From a bacterium (GTDB taxonomy: Bacteria > Patescibacteriota > Minisyncoccia > Phycocordibacterales > GCA-002787175): a stretch of DNA of 64,000 nucleotides. Under the pieces are notes generated by a model, which had not been told where the DNA came from, searched no databases, and saw only the letters and a list, made by a program, of their open reading frames with translations. The stretch covers positions 1,293-65,292 of the forward strand of contig JAUYKQ010000027.1 of assembly GCA_030699905.1 (NCBI GenBank), written 5' to 3'. A program made the position numbers and the translations under genes. This document shows, piece by piece, positions 18,843 through 29,069 of the stretch. Within the stretch, counting starts at the first letter, position 1; each line of letters begins with the position of its first letter.

Positions 18843-19856
18843 ATGTCTTTCTTTTCCACAAAACTGGGCATTGACTTGGGTACCGCGAACACTTTGGTGT
18901 TTGTCCCCGGCAAAGGGGTTGTTTTAAACGAGCCGTCCGTTGTCGCTGTTTCCGAGCAGGATAACAAAATACTGGCTGTCGGCCTTGAAGCCAAAAACAT
19001 GATAGGCAAAACACCCGAGAGTATTATCGCTTATCGTCCCATGAAGGACGGCGTTATTGCCGACTACAGAGTAACGGAAGCGATGCTCCGATATTTTATA
19101 GACAAGGCGCTCGGCAAGTGGAACTTCTGGAAGCCGGAGGTCTTGGTATCGGTGCCCGCGGGAGTAACATCCACCGAAAGGCGGGCTGTTGTTGAAGCGA
19201 CCGTTAAAGCGGGGGCCAGGGCGGCATATGTGGTCAAAGAGCCGATTTTGGGAGCCATAGGCGCCGGTATACCCATACAAGAGGCCATGGGGCATATGAT
19301 AGTGGATATTGGAGGGGGAACGACAGACGTAGCCGTTATTTCTCTTGGGGGAATCGTTTCTTCAACGTCTGTGAAATGCGCCGGAAACAGGATTGATACC
19401 GCCATTGCCGACTATATCAAAAAGACATTCAATCTCGGTATCGGGGACAAAATGTCCGAAGACATAAAGATAAAAGTCGGTTCGGCAGTCCCTCTTGAAG
19501 AGGAGCTCACGATGACCATAAAGGGCCGAGATTTTATCACCGGATTGCCTCGTACGACGGAAATAAAGACAAATGAAATAGTCAAAGCTATCGGCAAAGA
19601 GCTTCGTGAAATGATAAAAGCCATTAAAGACGTGTTGCAGGAGACACCGCCGGAATTGGCGGCGGATATCATAGACAGGGGAATAATAATGACAGGGGGC
19701 TCTTCACAGCTTCGTAATTTACCGGAGCTTGTTTATAGGCGTACGGGAGTGAAAGCGGCTTTAGCAAAGGACCCTCTTTACTGCGTAGTAAAGGGAACGG
19801 GCATAGCGCTGGAACATCTGGACACTTATAAAAAGAGCATTATTGCGAAGAGGTGA
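18843..19856 (+). CDS. mreB: Rod shape-determining actin MreB/Mbl, paralog 1
   Basis: GIDLGTANT, DIGGGTTD, TPPELAADI. Confidence 0.95.
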   Translation: MSFFSTKLGIDLGTANTLVFVPGKGVVLNEPSVVAVSEQDNKILAVGLEAKNMIGKTPESIIAYRPMKDGVIADYRVTEAMLRYFIDKALGKWNFWKPEVLVSVPAGVTSTERRAVVEATVKAGARAAYVVKEPILGAIGAGIPIQEAMGHMIVDIGGGTTDVAVISLGGIVSSTSVKCAGNRIDTAIADYIKKTFNLGIGDKMSEDIKIKVGSAVPLEEELTMTIKGRDFITGLPRTTEIKTNEIVKAIGKELREMIKAIKDVLQETPPELAADIIDRGIIMTGGSSQLRNLPELVYRRTGVKAALAKDPLYCVVKGTGIALEHLDTYKKSIIAKR

Positions 19857-19863
19857 GACAAAA

Positions 19864-20005
19864 CTGTGAATTACGAAATGTCTTTCTCGGCGAGGTCTTC
19901 GCGGCGCACGAAGATTTTTTGCTAAAAATCTTCTCTCTCCAGCGCCGGCCGCGCTTCCGAAGGCGCCACTCAAACCTCGCCTCAACACCATTTCGTAATC
20001 CACAG
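19864..20005. mobile_element. MITE-like fold-back element, family A copy 2 (142 bp)
   Basis: Same ends and interior as 1680-1821. Confidence 0.85.
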
Positions 20006-20038
20006 TATTTTTCGCAATTTAGGATAATTTTGAAAACA

Positions 20039-20068
20039 AAAAACGCTCTCCGGAAGGAGAGCGTTTTT
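20039..20068. terminator. Bidirectional terminator between mreB and pilin
   Basis: AAAAACGCTCTCC GGAA GGAGAGCGTTTTT. Confidence 0.75.
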
Positions 20069-20088
20069 ACGTTCGAAAAGAATGCTCA

Positions 20089-20463
20089 TTAGCAACCGGC
20101 GAAAGCTACAGCTGTGTCTGTAACCGTACCGCTGGTGCAAGCCCCTGCTGAACCTGATGAAGCAGGCGAGAAAGTTACAGAAAAACTAGCCGGACATGAA
20201 CCGGGAGCCGTGGAAGGGGCACCTCCATCACGAGCTGAGCCAACATCAATAGCGGCATCTATGGCGGCTTGAGTAATAGCGCCTGAAAGTCCCTCGCAAG
20301 CTACCAAAAGCGCTCCTTGCGTTGCTCTTACTTCTGACTGAAAAGCCGCTGACCTGGCCTTAGTCCTGGCGCTTCCCAACGATGTAAGAACCACGGAGGA
20401 AAGAATACCGATTATAGCGATAACAACTAAAAGCTCAATAAGTGTAAAACCTTTTTTATACAT
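20089..20463 (-). CDS. Type IV pilin
   Basis: KKG|[16 protein letters not shown]; four Cys in C-terminal domain. Confidence 0.92.
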   Translation of the reverse strand: MYKKGFTLIELLVVIAIIGILSSVVLTSLGSARTKARSAAFQSEVRATQGALLVACEGLSGAITQAAIDAAIDVGSARDGGAPSTAPGSCPASFSVTFSPASSGSAGACTSGTVTDTAVAFAGC

Positions 20464-20677
20464 AATTAATTTTCAAATTATATCCATACTGCAAGACAAC
20501 CTGCCTTGCTTTAAGGACATTATTATTTTCGACCTTTTTACTATTAAAATTGATTGTTACATCAATAAAACCGATGTCCTTAATTATATACACCTATCGC
20601 AAGCATGCAATGTGGATATCTTTTTGGGGTCTTTGGCCAAATATTCGTTTAAATGCCGGCTGTGGTAGAATGTCTTT

Positions 20678-21385
20678 ATGGAATTAAGAGAAATCGCGAA
20701 AAATATAAAGGATTTGCACCATTGCTATTGTTTGGAAGGCAAAAGGGACTTTGTATTGAATTCTCTTTTTGATTTTTTTGAAAAGGACTTGAATCTCAAA
20801 AGACAGGGCAATCCTGACTTTTGGATAGGGGAGTTTGATATTCTCGGTATTGACGATGTGCGTACTGTTATAGAGGCGCAAAGGCAAAAACCCGTTATGG
20901 AAGAGTGCCGGATGTTTGTAATAGCCGCTTATGAAATAACCAAGGAAGCGCAGAACGCTCTTTTAAAGGTTTTGGAAGAGCCCTCTTCTTTTACAAAATT
21001 TTTCATAATAGTGGATTCAGCCCAAGGGCTTTTGCCGACAGTCAGGTCGCGAGCTTATATCCTGTCTTTTCTTCCTCAAGACGGTATTTACGAAAATGGC
21101 TTCCGTGACAAAGCCCGAGATTTTCTTTCCTTTATCCCTGCCAAGAGGATAAAGTTTGTCAAAAAGCTTTCTGAAGATATTTCTGACGGAAAAGAGGCCA
21201 AAATCCAAGCGACACGCTTTTTGAACGCCTTGGAGTTATGCGTCAGAAACAGCAAAGATTTGTCCGAAAAAGAAAAGTTTGAAGTTTTAAGACACGTTGC
21301 TTTCGCGGAAAAATATTCACAGGACAGGGGAGCGGTGTTAAAGCAGATTCTGGAACACGTAGCCGTGTCTTTGCCCGTATTTTAG
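20678..21385 (+). CDS. holB: DNA polymerase III delta-prime-like clamp loader subunit
   Basis: NPDF, IDDVR, EAQNALLKVLEEP, LLPTVRSR. Confidence 0.88.
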   Translation: MELREIAKNIKDLHHCYCLEGKRDFVLNSLFDFFEKDLNLKRQGNPDFWIGEFDILGIDDVRTVIEAQRQKPVMEECRMFVIAAYEITKEAQNALLKVLEEPSSFTKFFIIVDSAQGLLPTVRSRAYILSFLPQDGIYENGFRDKARDFLSFIPAKRIKFVKKLSEDISDGKEAKIQATRFLNALELCVRNSKDLSEKEKFEVLRHVAFAEKYSQDRGAVLKQILEHVAVSLPVF

Positions 21386-21603
21386 GGGTTTGATTGCAAA
21401 TTGAAAATTTTCTTACCTATTCTTACGTGACGGAGGATTTATGAAAACGGACAATCTACAAGAGTAAGAGTGTGAGCGATTACTGACCTTTCATTACATT
21501 ATACGGTTTTCTGTCCTGTGTGTTATAGTAATAAAACTGTTAAATAATCGGAGTTGAGTAGGGCGTGGGTATCTTTTTCCAAATAAAGATAATTTTTAAA
21601 AAT

Positions 21604-22155
21604 ATGGCATACAATTTTACGAATTTAGCGAACGAAATATCCAGAATATCGGACTGGCTCTCCCGCGAATACGACGGCATAAGAACTTCTCGAGCCACGC
21701 CTGCCGTTTTGGACGGCGTGTCCGTGGACGCGTATGGTTCAAAAATGCCGTTAAAACAGGTGGCGAGTATTTCCTCGCAGGACTCTAAGACCCTTTATGT
21801 GAGCGCCTATGACCCATCTTTGATAAAGGGCATTGAAAAGGCAATATCGGTGGCCAATTTAGGCCTTTCCGTGGGAGCGGACGAAAAAGGCGTCAGAGTG
21901 TCTTTTCCGGAGTTGACCGCGGAACGAAGAGAGACACTTATCAAGTTGGCCAAGGAAAAACTGGAAGACGCCCGTATTTCGGTACGCAAAGCAAGAGATG
22001 ATGTTTGGGGTAACATTCAGGAAAAGGAAAAAGGTGGAGAAATGGCAGAAGACGAAAAGTTCAAGCTAAAAGTTGAGTTGCAAAGACGCGTTGACGAAAT
22101 AAACAAAAAACTGGCGGAAATGGCGGAGAAAAAAGAGAAAGAGATTTCGAGTTAG
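21604..22155 (+). CDS. frr: Ribosome recycling factor
   Basis: IRTSRATP, PELTAERR, ARISVR. Confidence 0.95.
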   Translation: MAYNFTNLANEISRISDWLSREYDGIRTSRATPAVLDGVSVDAYGSKMPLKQVASISSQDSKTLYVSAYDPSLIKGIEKAISVANLGLSVGADEKGVRVSFPELTAERRETLIKLAKEKLEDARISVRKARDDVWGNIQEKEKGGEMAEDEKFKLKVELQRRVDEINKKLAEMAEKKEKEISS

Positions 22156-22287
22156 GAAACTCAAAATCTCTTTCTCTTTGAAATTTGTGGAAACTAGCGC
22201 TTCGCGCGAAATTTGTTGATATTTTACGAGTATCTTTAATATCTATAAGTTTCCATGAATTTCAACTGATTTCTGCAACAGAGCATC

Positions 22288-23379
22288 ATGACTATAATTA
22301 TTTTCATCGTTATATTGGCGCTTTTGATCCTCGTGCACGAGCTCGGGCATTTTCTTGTCGCCAAAAAGTCGGGAATAAGAGTGGATGAATTCGGACTCGG
22401 TTTTCCTCCGAAAGCCGTTTCTATAAAAAAGGGAGAGACGGAATATTCTTTAAACTGGATACCTTTTGGCGGTTTTGTAAAAATTTTTGGTGAAAATCCG
22501 GATGAAGAATCAATAGAGGGTCCCGACAAAGAAAGAAGTTTTGTCCACAAAAACCGAGCTATTCAATCGGCTGTTTTGGTGGCCGGTGTCACTTTTAACA
22601 TGATTTTTGCCTGGTTCCTTATATCTTTGGGCTTTTTTGTCGGAATGCCGGCTTCCTCGGAAATTTATCCTGACGTCACCAATCCTAAGACGATGATAGT
22701 AGCCGTGCGTCCCGACTCGCCGGCCGACCGCGCGGGACTTCGCACCGGTGATGTTTTAGAACGACTTTTTTCCGATTCGGGTAGCGAACTTACAAAGCCG
22801 ACCGTTTCAGAGGCCTATGAATTCTTAAATCAAGAGGCGGATAGTAAAGTAGAGGTCTCTTATAGCGGTCCTCATGGCAGGGTGGGGAAGGTGGAGCTTA
22901 TGGCTGAAGAAGGGATAGCTGACGGGCGCAAGGTCGTGGGTATAACCATGGACAGTATCGGCATTTTGAAAATCGGTTTTTTCGGTTCTTTTTGGGAGGG
23001 AATGAAAACTACCGTAATGCTCACCCGAGCTATTGCCGTGGCGCTTTGGGGATTTGTGTCTGACGCTTTTACCGGCCAAGCCGATTTTTCACAGGTTACG
23101 GGGCCGGTTGGAATAGTCGGGCTTGTGGGCGAAGCGAGTGACTTGGGCTTTTCGTACCTTCTTTCCTTTACCGCCATAATTTCAATACATTTGGCGGTAA
23201 TAAACTTGGCTCCTTTTCCGGCGCTTGACGGCGGACGTTTGCTTTTTGTGGCCATTGAAGCAATCAGACGAAAAGCCATTTCTCCCAAAATCGCGAATAC
23301 CCTAAACGCAATCGGCTTCTCTCTTCTTATTCTCCTTATGCTCGTCGTAACATTTAAAGACATAATGAAGTTGTTTTAG
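22288..23379 (+). CDS. rseP: RseP-like site-2 intramembrane metalloprotease with PDZ domain
   Basis: HELGH, NLAPFPALDGG. Confidence 0.94.
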   Translation: MTIIIFIVILALLILVHELGHFLVAKKSGIRVDEFGLGFPPKAVSIKKGETEYSLNWIPFGGFVKIFGENPDEESIEGPDKERSFVHKNRAIQSAVLVAGVTFNMIFAWFLISLGFFVGMPASSEIYPDVTNPKTMIVAVRPDSPADRAGLRTGDVLERLFSDSGSELTKPTVSEAYEFLNQEADSKVEVSYSGPHGRVGKVELMAEEGIADGRKVVGITMDSIGILKIGFFGSFWEGMKTTVMLTRAIAVALWGFVSDAFTGQADFSQVTGPVGIVGLVGEASDLGFSYLLSFTAIISIHLAVINLAPFPALDGGRLLFVAIEAIRRKAISPKIANTLNAIGFSLLILLMLVVTFKDIMKLF

Positions 23380-23570
23380 GTTTTTTTAATTCCACCAGTT
23401 TCAGCATTGGGTTCAGTGTTGGGCGTCCGTTTCAGCTGTGAGCCATACATACTACGACTTTGAAAAGAAATGAGTGAGGAGAAAAAAGAAAACCGCGGGC
23501 GTGAAGCTCGCGGTTTTTTGAAAAGAACTGTTTCCGCCGTAACTTTCGGCGGAATGGTTATCTCGTAGCT

Positions 23571-25175
23571 CTACTTTTCTACGAGATATGTGGCGGTGAC
23601 GAAAGCCACTTTGCCCTGCAGAGGGCTGTTCGCAAGGTATCGCCCTGCTATTGCCCCGACTTCCTCACGAAAGCGGACATGGTCCGCTGTTTTAGGGTTT
23701 TGGTCGAGGTAGTTTTTCCTCACCAACACCCACGCCGCCTCTGCAATGTGGGCGCCGATGAGGACAACTTCGCCCTCAAATACGTCGTTTGCCCGAAGGG
23801 GCCGGAGCGCAACTTTTATTTGGATGTTGAATTTGTTTCCAAATAACGTTCTTCCTCCCCGTTCGTAAGGGCACTCGTACGTTATGGCCTTCGCAAGGTT
23901 CGTACTTAAGTAAGAGGGGTTGATTGCAACCCCTCTTACGGCCTCGCTGGTTATTCGTAATGCTCCCAACCTTTCCAACTTTTTCAAGTTGTCGTCTTGA
24001 GGGATGTCACTTACTGCTGTATGCGGTATGGACGCCGTCTGCTTTTTCATCTCCTGACCCCATTTGACGACGAATGCGTCAATTGTGAGGTTAATTTCGG
24101 CTAACCTTGCGTTCACCCTATCGTCCTGATCCCTGAGCTTTTCACCAACCTCCCCTATGATATCTTCCTTTAATAAGCTAAGGGCGTTTGGGGTGACGGC
24201 CGGCCGGTTTTCCATATCAGAAATCCGACTAGATAACTTGGCTATTTCACCCGAAAGCTGATTGCTTGAGGCAACCAGCTTTTCCTCGGTTTGGATCATG
24301 AGGCGGTCCTGGAATGTTTTCAGCTCTTCCGACCATTCTTTGACATTTTCGTTATGCAGGCGGGATATGGTGTTAACCATTGCCGACTCTACTTTGTCCA
24401 CGAACCCTTCCACCCGATTAGTGGCGCCGTCGCTTACCACGGTGAAGCCATGCAAGCTGTTGCTGATGGCCGTTTGCATTTCCGCGTGAGTTACGGCGTT
24501 TGACCTTATGAGACCGAGTGTCTCATTCAGGGTGTTTAGGGTCTGCCCGATCTCGCTTACCTTGCCCACCACTCCCGGGCTTTCTGTTCCGGGTCGTCCG
24601 AAGACGACATTGGACATGTCCGACATCCTGTTTCGCACCGGAGTTGACACGACGGTGATGACGACGCCGATGAAGACGGCGATGAGCGCCAGGAGTAGCA
24701 ACACCTTTCCAATAAGTTTTGCTTTCTCTTGCCATGACGACTGCTCGCCCCCGAACACCCTGTGCAACTTAGGCGAGGTCGGCTTAGGCAAGGTCTGTGG
24801 TCTTGCCGGTGTGTCTTCTTGTTGGCCTTTTGGAGGAGCCGGTTTTCCACTTTCAACATCTACGACCCAATTTCGGGGAGCCGCCGCAGGACCTCCTTCG
24901 CCTCCACTTTTCGGTGGTGGTGAGGACGTCTCAGTTTTCACACTTTCTCCCGACGGGGGAGAAGTTTGCGCGGGACTCGGAGTCGGAGCCGGCTTCTGCG
25001 GTTGTTTAGCTCCTTCTTTGGGAGTTACCACCGGAGTCGGCTTTTGCGGAGGAGGTTCCTCTTTCTTCGGAGTCGGAGCCGTAGTCGGTTTGGGGCTACC
25101 TCCTTTAGGATTCGCCGGTTTATTGGACGGTTTTTGGCCGCCTTGGCTTAAGTTAATCTCAATCTTGTCTGCCAT
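23571..25175 (-). CDS. Hypothetical protein: Pro-rich N-terminus, one TM, coiled coil
   Basis: 534-aa ORF; terminator hairpins at about 23490-23555. Confidence 0.75.
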   Translation of the reverse strand: MADKIEINLSQGGQKPSNKPANPKGGSPKPTTAPTPKKEEPPPQKPTPVVTPKEGAKQPQKPAPTPSPAQTSPPSGESVKTETSSPPPKSGGEGGPAAAPRNWVVDVESGKPAPPKGQQEDTPARPQTLPKPTSPKLHRVFGGEQSSWQEKAKLIGKVLLLLALIAVFIGVVITVVSTPVRNRMSDMSNVVFGRPGTESPGVVGKVSEIGQTLNTLNETLGLIRSNAVTHAEMQTAISNSLHGFTVVSDGATNRVEGFVDKVESAMVNTISRLHNENVKEWSEELKTFQDRLMIQTEEKLVASSNQLSGEIAKLSSRISDMENRPAVTPNALSLLKEDIIGEVGEKLRDQDDRVNARLAEINLTIDAFVVKWGQEMKKQTASIPHTAVSDIPQDDNLKKLERLGALRITSEAVRGVAINPSYLSTNLAKAITYECPYERGGRTLFGNKFNIQIKVALRPLRANDVFEGEVVLIGAHIAEAAWVLVRKNYLDQNPKTADHVRFREEVGAIAGRYLANSPLQGKVAFVTATYLVEK

Positions 25176-25420
25176 ATTATTCTGCTTTCAAAAAACTGTC
25201 GTTGCCTGTCTGTTTTTTCAACCGGAAGTATCCGGTCAGGACGTCACTCAACATCCCTTTACTTTCGTCATCATAGCACTGAAAAAGACACCTGTCAATA
25301 TTAAAAGACGTTACAAATACGACACAATTTTATCTCCGCCAAGCCGTTTTTTTGTAGAGATACATCCGGTGGATTTGGTCAAGTGTTACGAAATCCGCGA
25401 CTTTAGTGTATGATAAAGCC

Positions 25421-26674
25421 ATGAAGCAGTCACAACTTTTTACCAAGACGAGAAAGGAGGCCCCAGCCGATGAAGTGGCAAAAAACGCCTCTCTTTTAAT
25501 TCGCGCCGGCTTTATTCACAAGGAAATGGCGGGAGTGTATTCCTATCTTCCTTTGGGGCTTCGTGTCTTAAATAAAATCGCTCTAATTATAAGGGAAGAA
25601 ATGAACGCCCTTGGCGGTCAGGAAGTTCAGTTATCTTCTCTGCAAAACAAAGACGTCTGGCAAAAAACAGGGCGATGGGACGAAGAAAAAGTTACAAATT
25701 GGTTTAAGACGGAAATAACGGGAGGCAAAGAAACACGACTTGGTTTTACTCATGAAGAGCCACTTACGGCCATAATGGCGGGACAGATATCTTCTTACAA
25801 GGACCTGCCAAAATATGTTTATCAAATCCAAACCAAATTTAGAAACGAAGAAAGAGCAAAAAGCGGAATGTTGCGTGGAAGAGAGTTTTTGATGAAGGAT
25901 TTATATTCTTTCTCAAAAGACCAAAAGGAGCACGACCAATTCTATGAAAAAGTGGCAAAGGCCTACGAAAAAATCTTTCAAAGAGTTGGCATCGGGGCTC
26001 AAACCCACAAAACCTTCGCTTCAGGCGGAGTATTCAGCGAATTTTCTCACGAATTTCAGACCGTCACGGAGGCGGGCGAAGACACCATTTTCATTTGTGA
26101 AAAAGACGGCACGGCGGTAAACAGAGAAGTTTTTACGGACGAGGTGTTGTCCAAAATGGGTAAAAATAAAAGCGATTTTCAAGAATTCAAGGCCATAGAA
26201 GTCGGAAACATTTTTTCTCTCGGTACGCGTTTTTCCGAACCGCTCGGTCTTTTCTTTAAAGACGATAAGGGGGAGGACAGACCTGTCATCATGGGCTCTT
26301 ATGGAATGGGTCTGGGACGGCTTATGGGTACGGTGGCGGAAATACTTTCTGACGAGAAGGGGCTTCTGTGGCCGAAAGAAATATCTCCTTTTTCAGTTCA
26401 TCTTATTTCAATAGGAGCCGAAGAGAACCCGGAAGTCAAGAAACAGGCAGACAAGATTTACGAGAAACTTGAGGAAAAATCGGTAGAGGTTTTGTATGAT
26501 GATAGGGAGGCGCGCGCGGGAGAGAAATTTGCCGACAGCGACCTCATGGGGATACCGACGAGGGTGGTTTTGAGCGAAAAAAACATCAAAGAAGGCAGGG
26601 TGGAGGTGAAAGGGCGAACAGAAAAAACTCCCAAATACATGACTGAAGATGAGCTGTTTGGTAGCCGGTTTTAA
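25421..26674 (+). CDS. proS: Proline--tRNA ligase (short form, no INS editing domain)
   Basis: THEE, FRNEERAKSGMLRGREF, IEVGNIF, MGSYG. Confidence 0.95.
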   Translation: MKQSQLFTKTRKEAPADEVAKNASLLIRAGFIHKEMAGVYSYLPLGLRVLNKIALIIREEMNALGGQEVQLSSLQNKDVWQKTGRWDEEKVTNWFKTEITGGKETRLGFTHEEPLTAIMAGQISSYKDLPKYVYQIQTKFRNEERAKSGMLRGREFLMKDLYSFSKDQKEHDQFYEKVAKAYEKIFQRVGIGAQTHKTFASGGVFSEFSHEFQTVTEAGEDTIFICEKDGTAVNREVFTDEVLSKMGKNKSDFQEFKAIEVGNIFSLGTRFSEPLGLFFKDDKGEDRPVIMGSYGMGLGRLMGTVAEILSDEKGLLWPKEISPFSVHLISIGAEENPEVKKQADKIYEKLEEKSVEVLYDDREARAGEKFADSDLMGIPTRVVLSEKNIKEGRVEVKGRTEKTPKYMTEDELFGSRF

Positions 26675-26795
26675 GCAGGAGAAAAGAGCGCAGAGCAAAG
26701 CGACCGTCTCCGCGACGCGAGGGGATTGTCGTTTCTCTTAATTCACGGGAGATACCGCTTTTATTTTACAATCCTCAAGTGACAGATAACGATAC

Positions 26796-27860
26796 ATGTT
26801 TGAACAATTCAAATCATATTTTAATAAATACGCTTCCAACGATATCGGTATAGACCTTGGTACCGCCAATACTTTGGTTTATGTCCGAGGACAGGGCATT
26901 GTCGTAAACGAACCATCGGTTGTTGCCGTTAATCAGAAGACCGGCCAAGTGGTGGCTGTTGGTTCGCAAGCCAAAGACATGCTCGGGCGAACGCCCGGAC
27001 ACATCGTTGCCATAAAACCTCTTGTCGGAGGGGTGATTTCCGATTTTGAAGTTACGGAAGAAATGATAGCGTACCTTTTAAAAAGAGTGGAAGGCGACTC
27101 GCGCAGGATCTTGGGGCCGAGGGTGGTCATCGGTGTTCCTTCGGGTGTCACTAACGTGGAGTCCCGAGCAGTCAGAGACGCTACCAAAAACAACGGCGCT
27201 CGCGAAGTATATGTGGTGGAAGAGCCGATGGCGGCGGCCATAGGAATACGACTGCCTGTTATGGATCCCGTCGGCAGTATGATAGTTGACATAGGAGGAG
27301 GGACGACAGACGTGGCGGTTATTTCTCTTGCTGGGGTCGTGCGTTCAAAAAGTTTGAAAATAGCTGGCGACAAGTTGAACGAGGATATCATCTCCTATAT
27401 ACGAGGCGAGTTTAAAATTCTAATCGGCGAAAAGACGGCGGAGAACGTTAAAATAGCCATTGGCTCCGTGTTGCCTCAAGAGGCGCCGATGGAAGCGGTC
27501 ATAAAAGGTCGCGACCTTATCACCGGCTTGCCGAGAGAAGTCATAATTACCGACTCGGATATCAGAGAAGCCATTTGCGGTTCGGTGGATATTTTGGTGG
27601 AAGCGGTGAAAGAGGTCTTGGAAACAACTCCTCCTGAAATAGTATCGGATATAATGCATAGGGGAGCATATCTTGTCGGAGGCGGGGCTTTGCTTCGCGG
27701 TGTTGATGTTTTGTTTGCCGACTCAACAAAAGTACCTTTCCATATCGCGGACGACCCTCTGTCGGCTGTTGGTCGCGGGGCGGGCATAATCCTTGAGGAC
27801 TTGAGCAAATATGAAGAGGTGCTCATAAAAAGCGAAGATGAACTACCTCCTAAAAACTAA
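26796..27860 (+). CDS. mreB: Rod shape-determining actin MreB, paralog 2
   Basis: GIDLGTANT, DIGGGTTD; upstream of mreC. Confidence 0.95.
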   Translation: MFEQFKSYFNKYASNDIGIDLGTANTLVYVRGQGIVVNEPSVVAVNQKTGQVVAVGSQAKDMLGRTPGHIVAIKPLVGGVISDFEVTEEMIAYLLKRVEGDSRRILGPRVVIGVPSGVTNVESRAVRDATKNNGAREVYVVEEPMAAAIGIRLPVMDPVGSMIVDIGGGTTDVAVISLAGVVRSKSLKIAGDKLNEDIISYIRGEFKILIGEKTAENVKIAIGSVLPQEAPMEAVIKGRDLITGLPREVIITDSDIREAICGSVDILVEAVKEVLETTPPEIVSDIMHRGAYLVGGGALLRGVDVLFADSTKVPFHIADDPLSAVGRGAGIILEDLSKYEEVLIKSEDELPPKN

Positions 27861-28638
27861 CAAAAACACGAGGCGAAGGTTTTTTCCTATTTTAGTCGTT
27901 TTGTTATTTCTGACAGTTGTATTTACTCTCAATTTTCTGGCGCCTCGTTTTTTGGGAGGACGTTTTCACTTTGTGGCCTTTCCGTTTTGGAAAGCCGGGC
28001 AAACGGTCAGCGGGTGGTTTGTGAACAGTTCGGTCTTGTTTAAGGAAAAATCGGAACTGCTGAAAGAGTTGGAAAATCTGCGAGAAAAAGAGTCAGACAA
28101 GGAAAACCTGCTTCTGCTTTTGGAGGTATACAGAAAAGAAAATGAAGAATTGAGAGGTATTTCTGAAGTTAGAGTTGATGAAAAAGTCATTTTAGCTTCT
28201 GTTCTTTCCGCTCCGCCCATATCTCCTTACGACACTTTGATTTTGGGCGCCGGCTTAAAAAGCGGTGTTTCAGAAGGAATGATTGTCACTATGAACCGTG
28301 CCGTCATCGGTAGAGTGGTTTCGGCGAATGACCATACTTCTACCGCTTTGCTTTTTTCCGCGCCGGACGAAAGAACCGAAGTAGTGGTGGGAGAAAGTAA
28401 AATACAAGCGGCGGCGGTGGGTGTAGGTGGCGGAAACATGACCATAACTTTGCCTAAGGGCGTGAAAATTGCCGAAGGCGACGTCGTCATGCTTTCCGGT
28501 AATTTTTCCCCTCGGCTTGTGGGAGTGGTGGAGGCGCTGTCTTCAAGCGATGCGGACTCTTTTCAAACGGCGCTTTTGAGGGTCCCTGTCAACTTTGCCG
28601 AAGCAAGGTTTGTTGAAATAACCGATATGTTGCCTTGA
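27838..28638 (+). CDS. mreC: Rod shape-determining protein MreC
   Basis: TM, coiled coil (ENEELR), beta domain; position after mreB. Confidence 0.88.
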   Translation: MNYLLKTNKNTRRRFFPILVVLLFLTVVFTLNFLAPRFLGGRFHFVAFPFWKAGQTVSGWFVNSSVLFKEKSELLKELENLREKESDKENLLLLLEVYRKENEELRGISEVRVDEKVILASVLSAPPISPYDTLILGAGLKSGVSEGMIVTMNRAVIGRVVSANDHTSTALLFSAPDERTEVVVGESKIQAAAVGVGGGNMTITLPKGVKIAEGDVVMLSGNFSPRLVGVVEALSSSDADSFQTALLRVPVNFAEARFVEITDMLP

Positions 28639-28640
28639 TA

Positions 28641-28782
28641 CTTTGAATTACGAAATACAGCAGGCGTCCCCCACGAGGAAAGTCACAAAAAAGTGACCGC
28701 TCCAAGGGCGCTTGCCCGGTCCTAGTCACTTTTTTGTGACTTTCCTCGTGGGGGGGGAAGGCGGGTGTTTCTTAATCCACAG
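28641..28782. mobile_element. MITE-like fold-back element, family C copy 1 (outer ends flipped)
   Basis: Shared terminal repeat; arms ACGAGGAAAGTCACAAAAAAGTGAC around loop CGCTCCAAGGGCGCTTG. Confidence 0.85.
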
Positions 28783-28799
28783 TCAATGTATTAACGCCC

Positions 28800-29063
28800 A
28801 TGAAAAAACGAGTTACTGCCGACATAATTTTTTTCTTTTTTATTCTTTTCGCGCCTTGGTGGGCGAGCGTCATATTTGGGCTGGTTTGTCTTTTTATCTT
28901 TGAACGCTATTACGAAATTTTGGTTGCCGGACTCGCCCTTGATGTTTTGTACGGGGTCGGCGCTTCAAAAAACGGCGGTTTTCCTGTAATATTTACGGTA
29001 TCGGCATCTTTCGCGTTTGTCGCGTCTCTTTATCTCAAGGAGAGAATCAAGTTTTACAAATGA
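28800..29063 (+). CDS. Small membrane protein at the mreD position
   Basis: 87-aa hydrophobic ORF between mreC and mrdA. Confidence 0.65.
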   Translation: MKKRVTADIIFFFFILFAPWWASVIFGLVCLFIFERYYEILVAGLALDVLYGVGASKNGGFPVIFTVSASFAFVASLYLKERIKFYK

Positions 29064-29069
29064 AATTCA

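Noticed and set aside
24508-25413. 301-aa plus-strand ORF
   Set aside because: Antisense shadow of the Pro-rich gene; Gly-rich mirror composition.
18843-27860. Two mreB genes as a recent duplication
   Set aside because: Clearly diverged paralogs in different contexts; multiple MreB/Mbl copies are well known.
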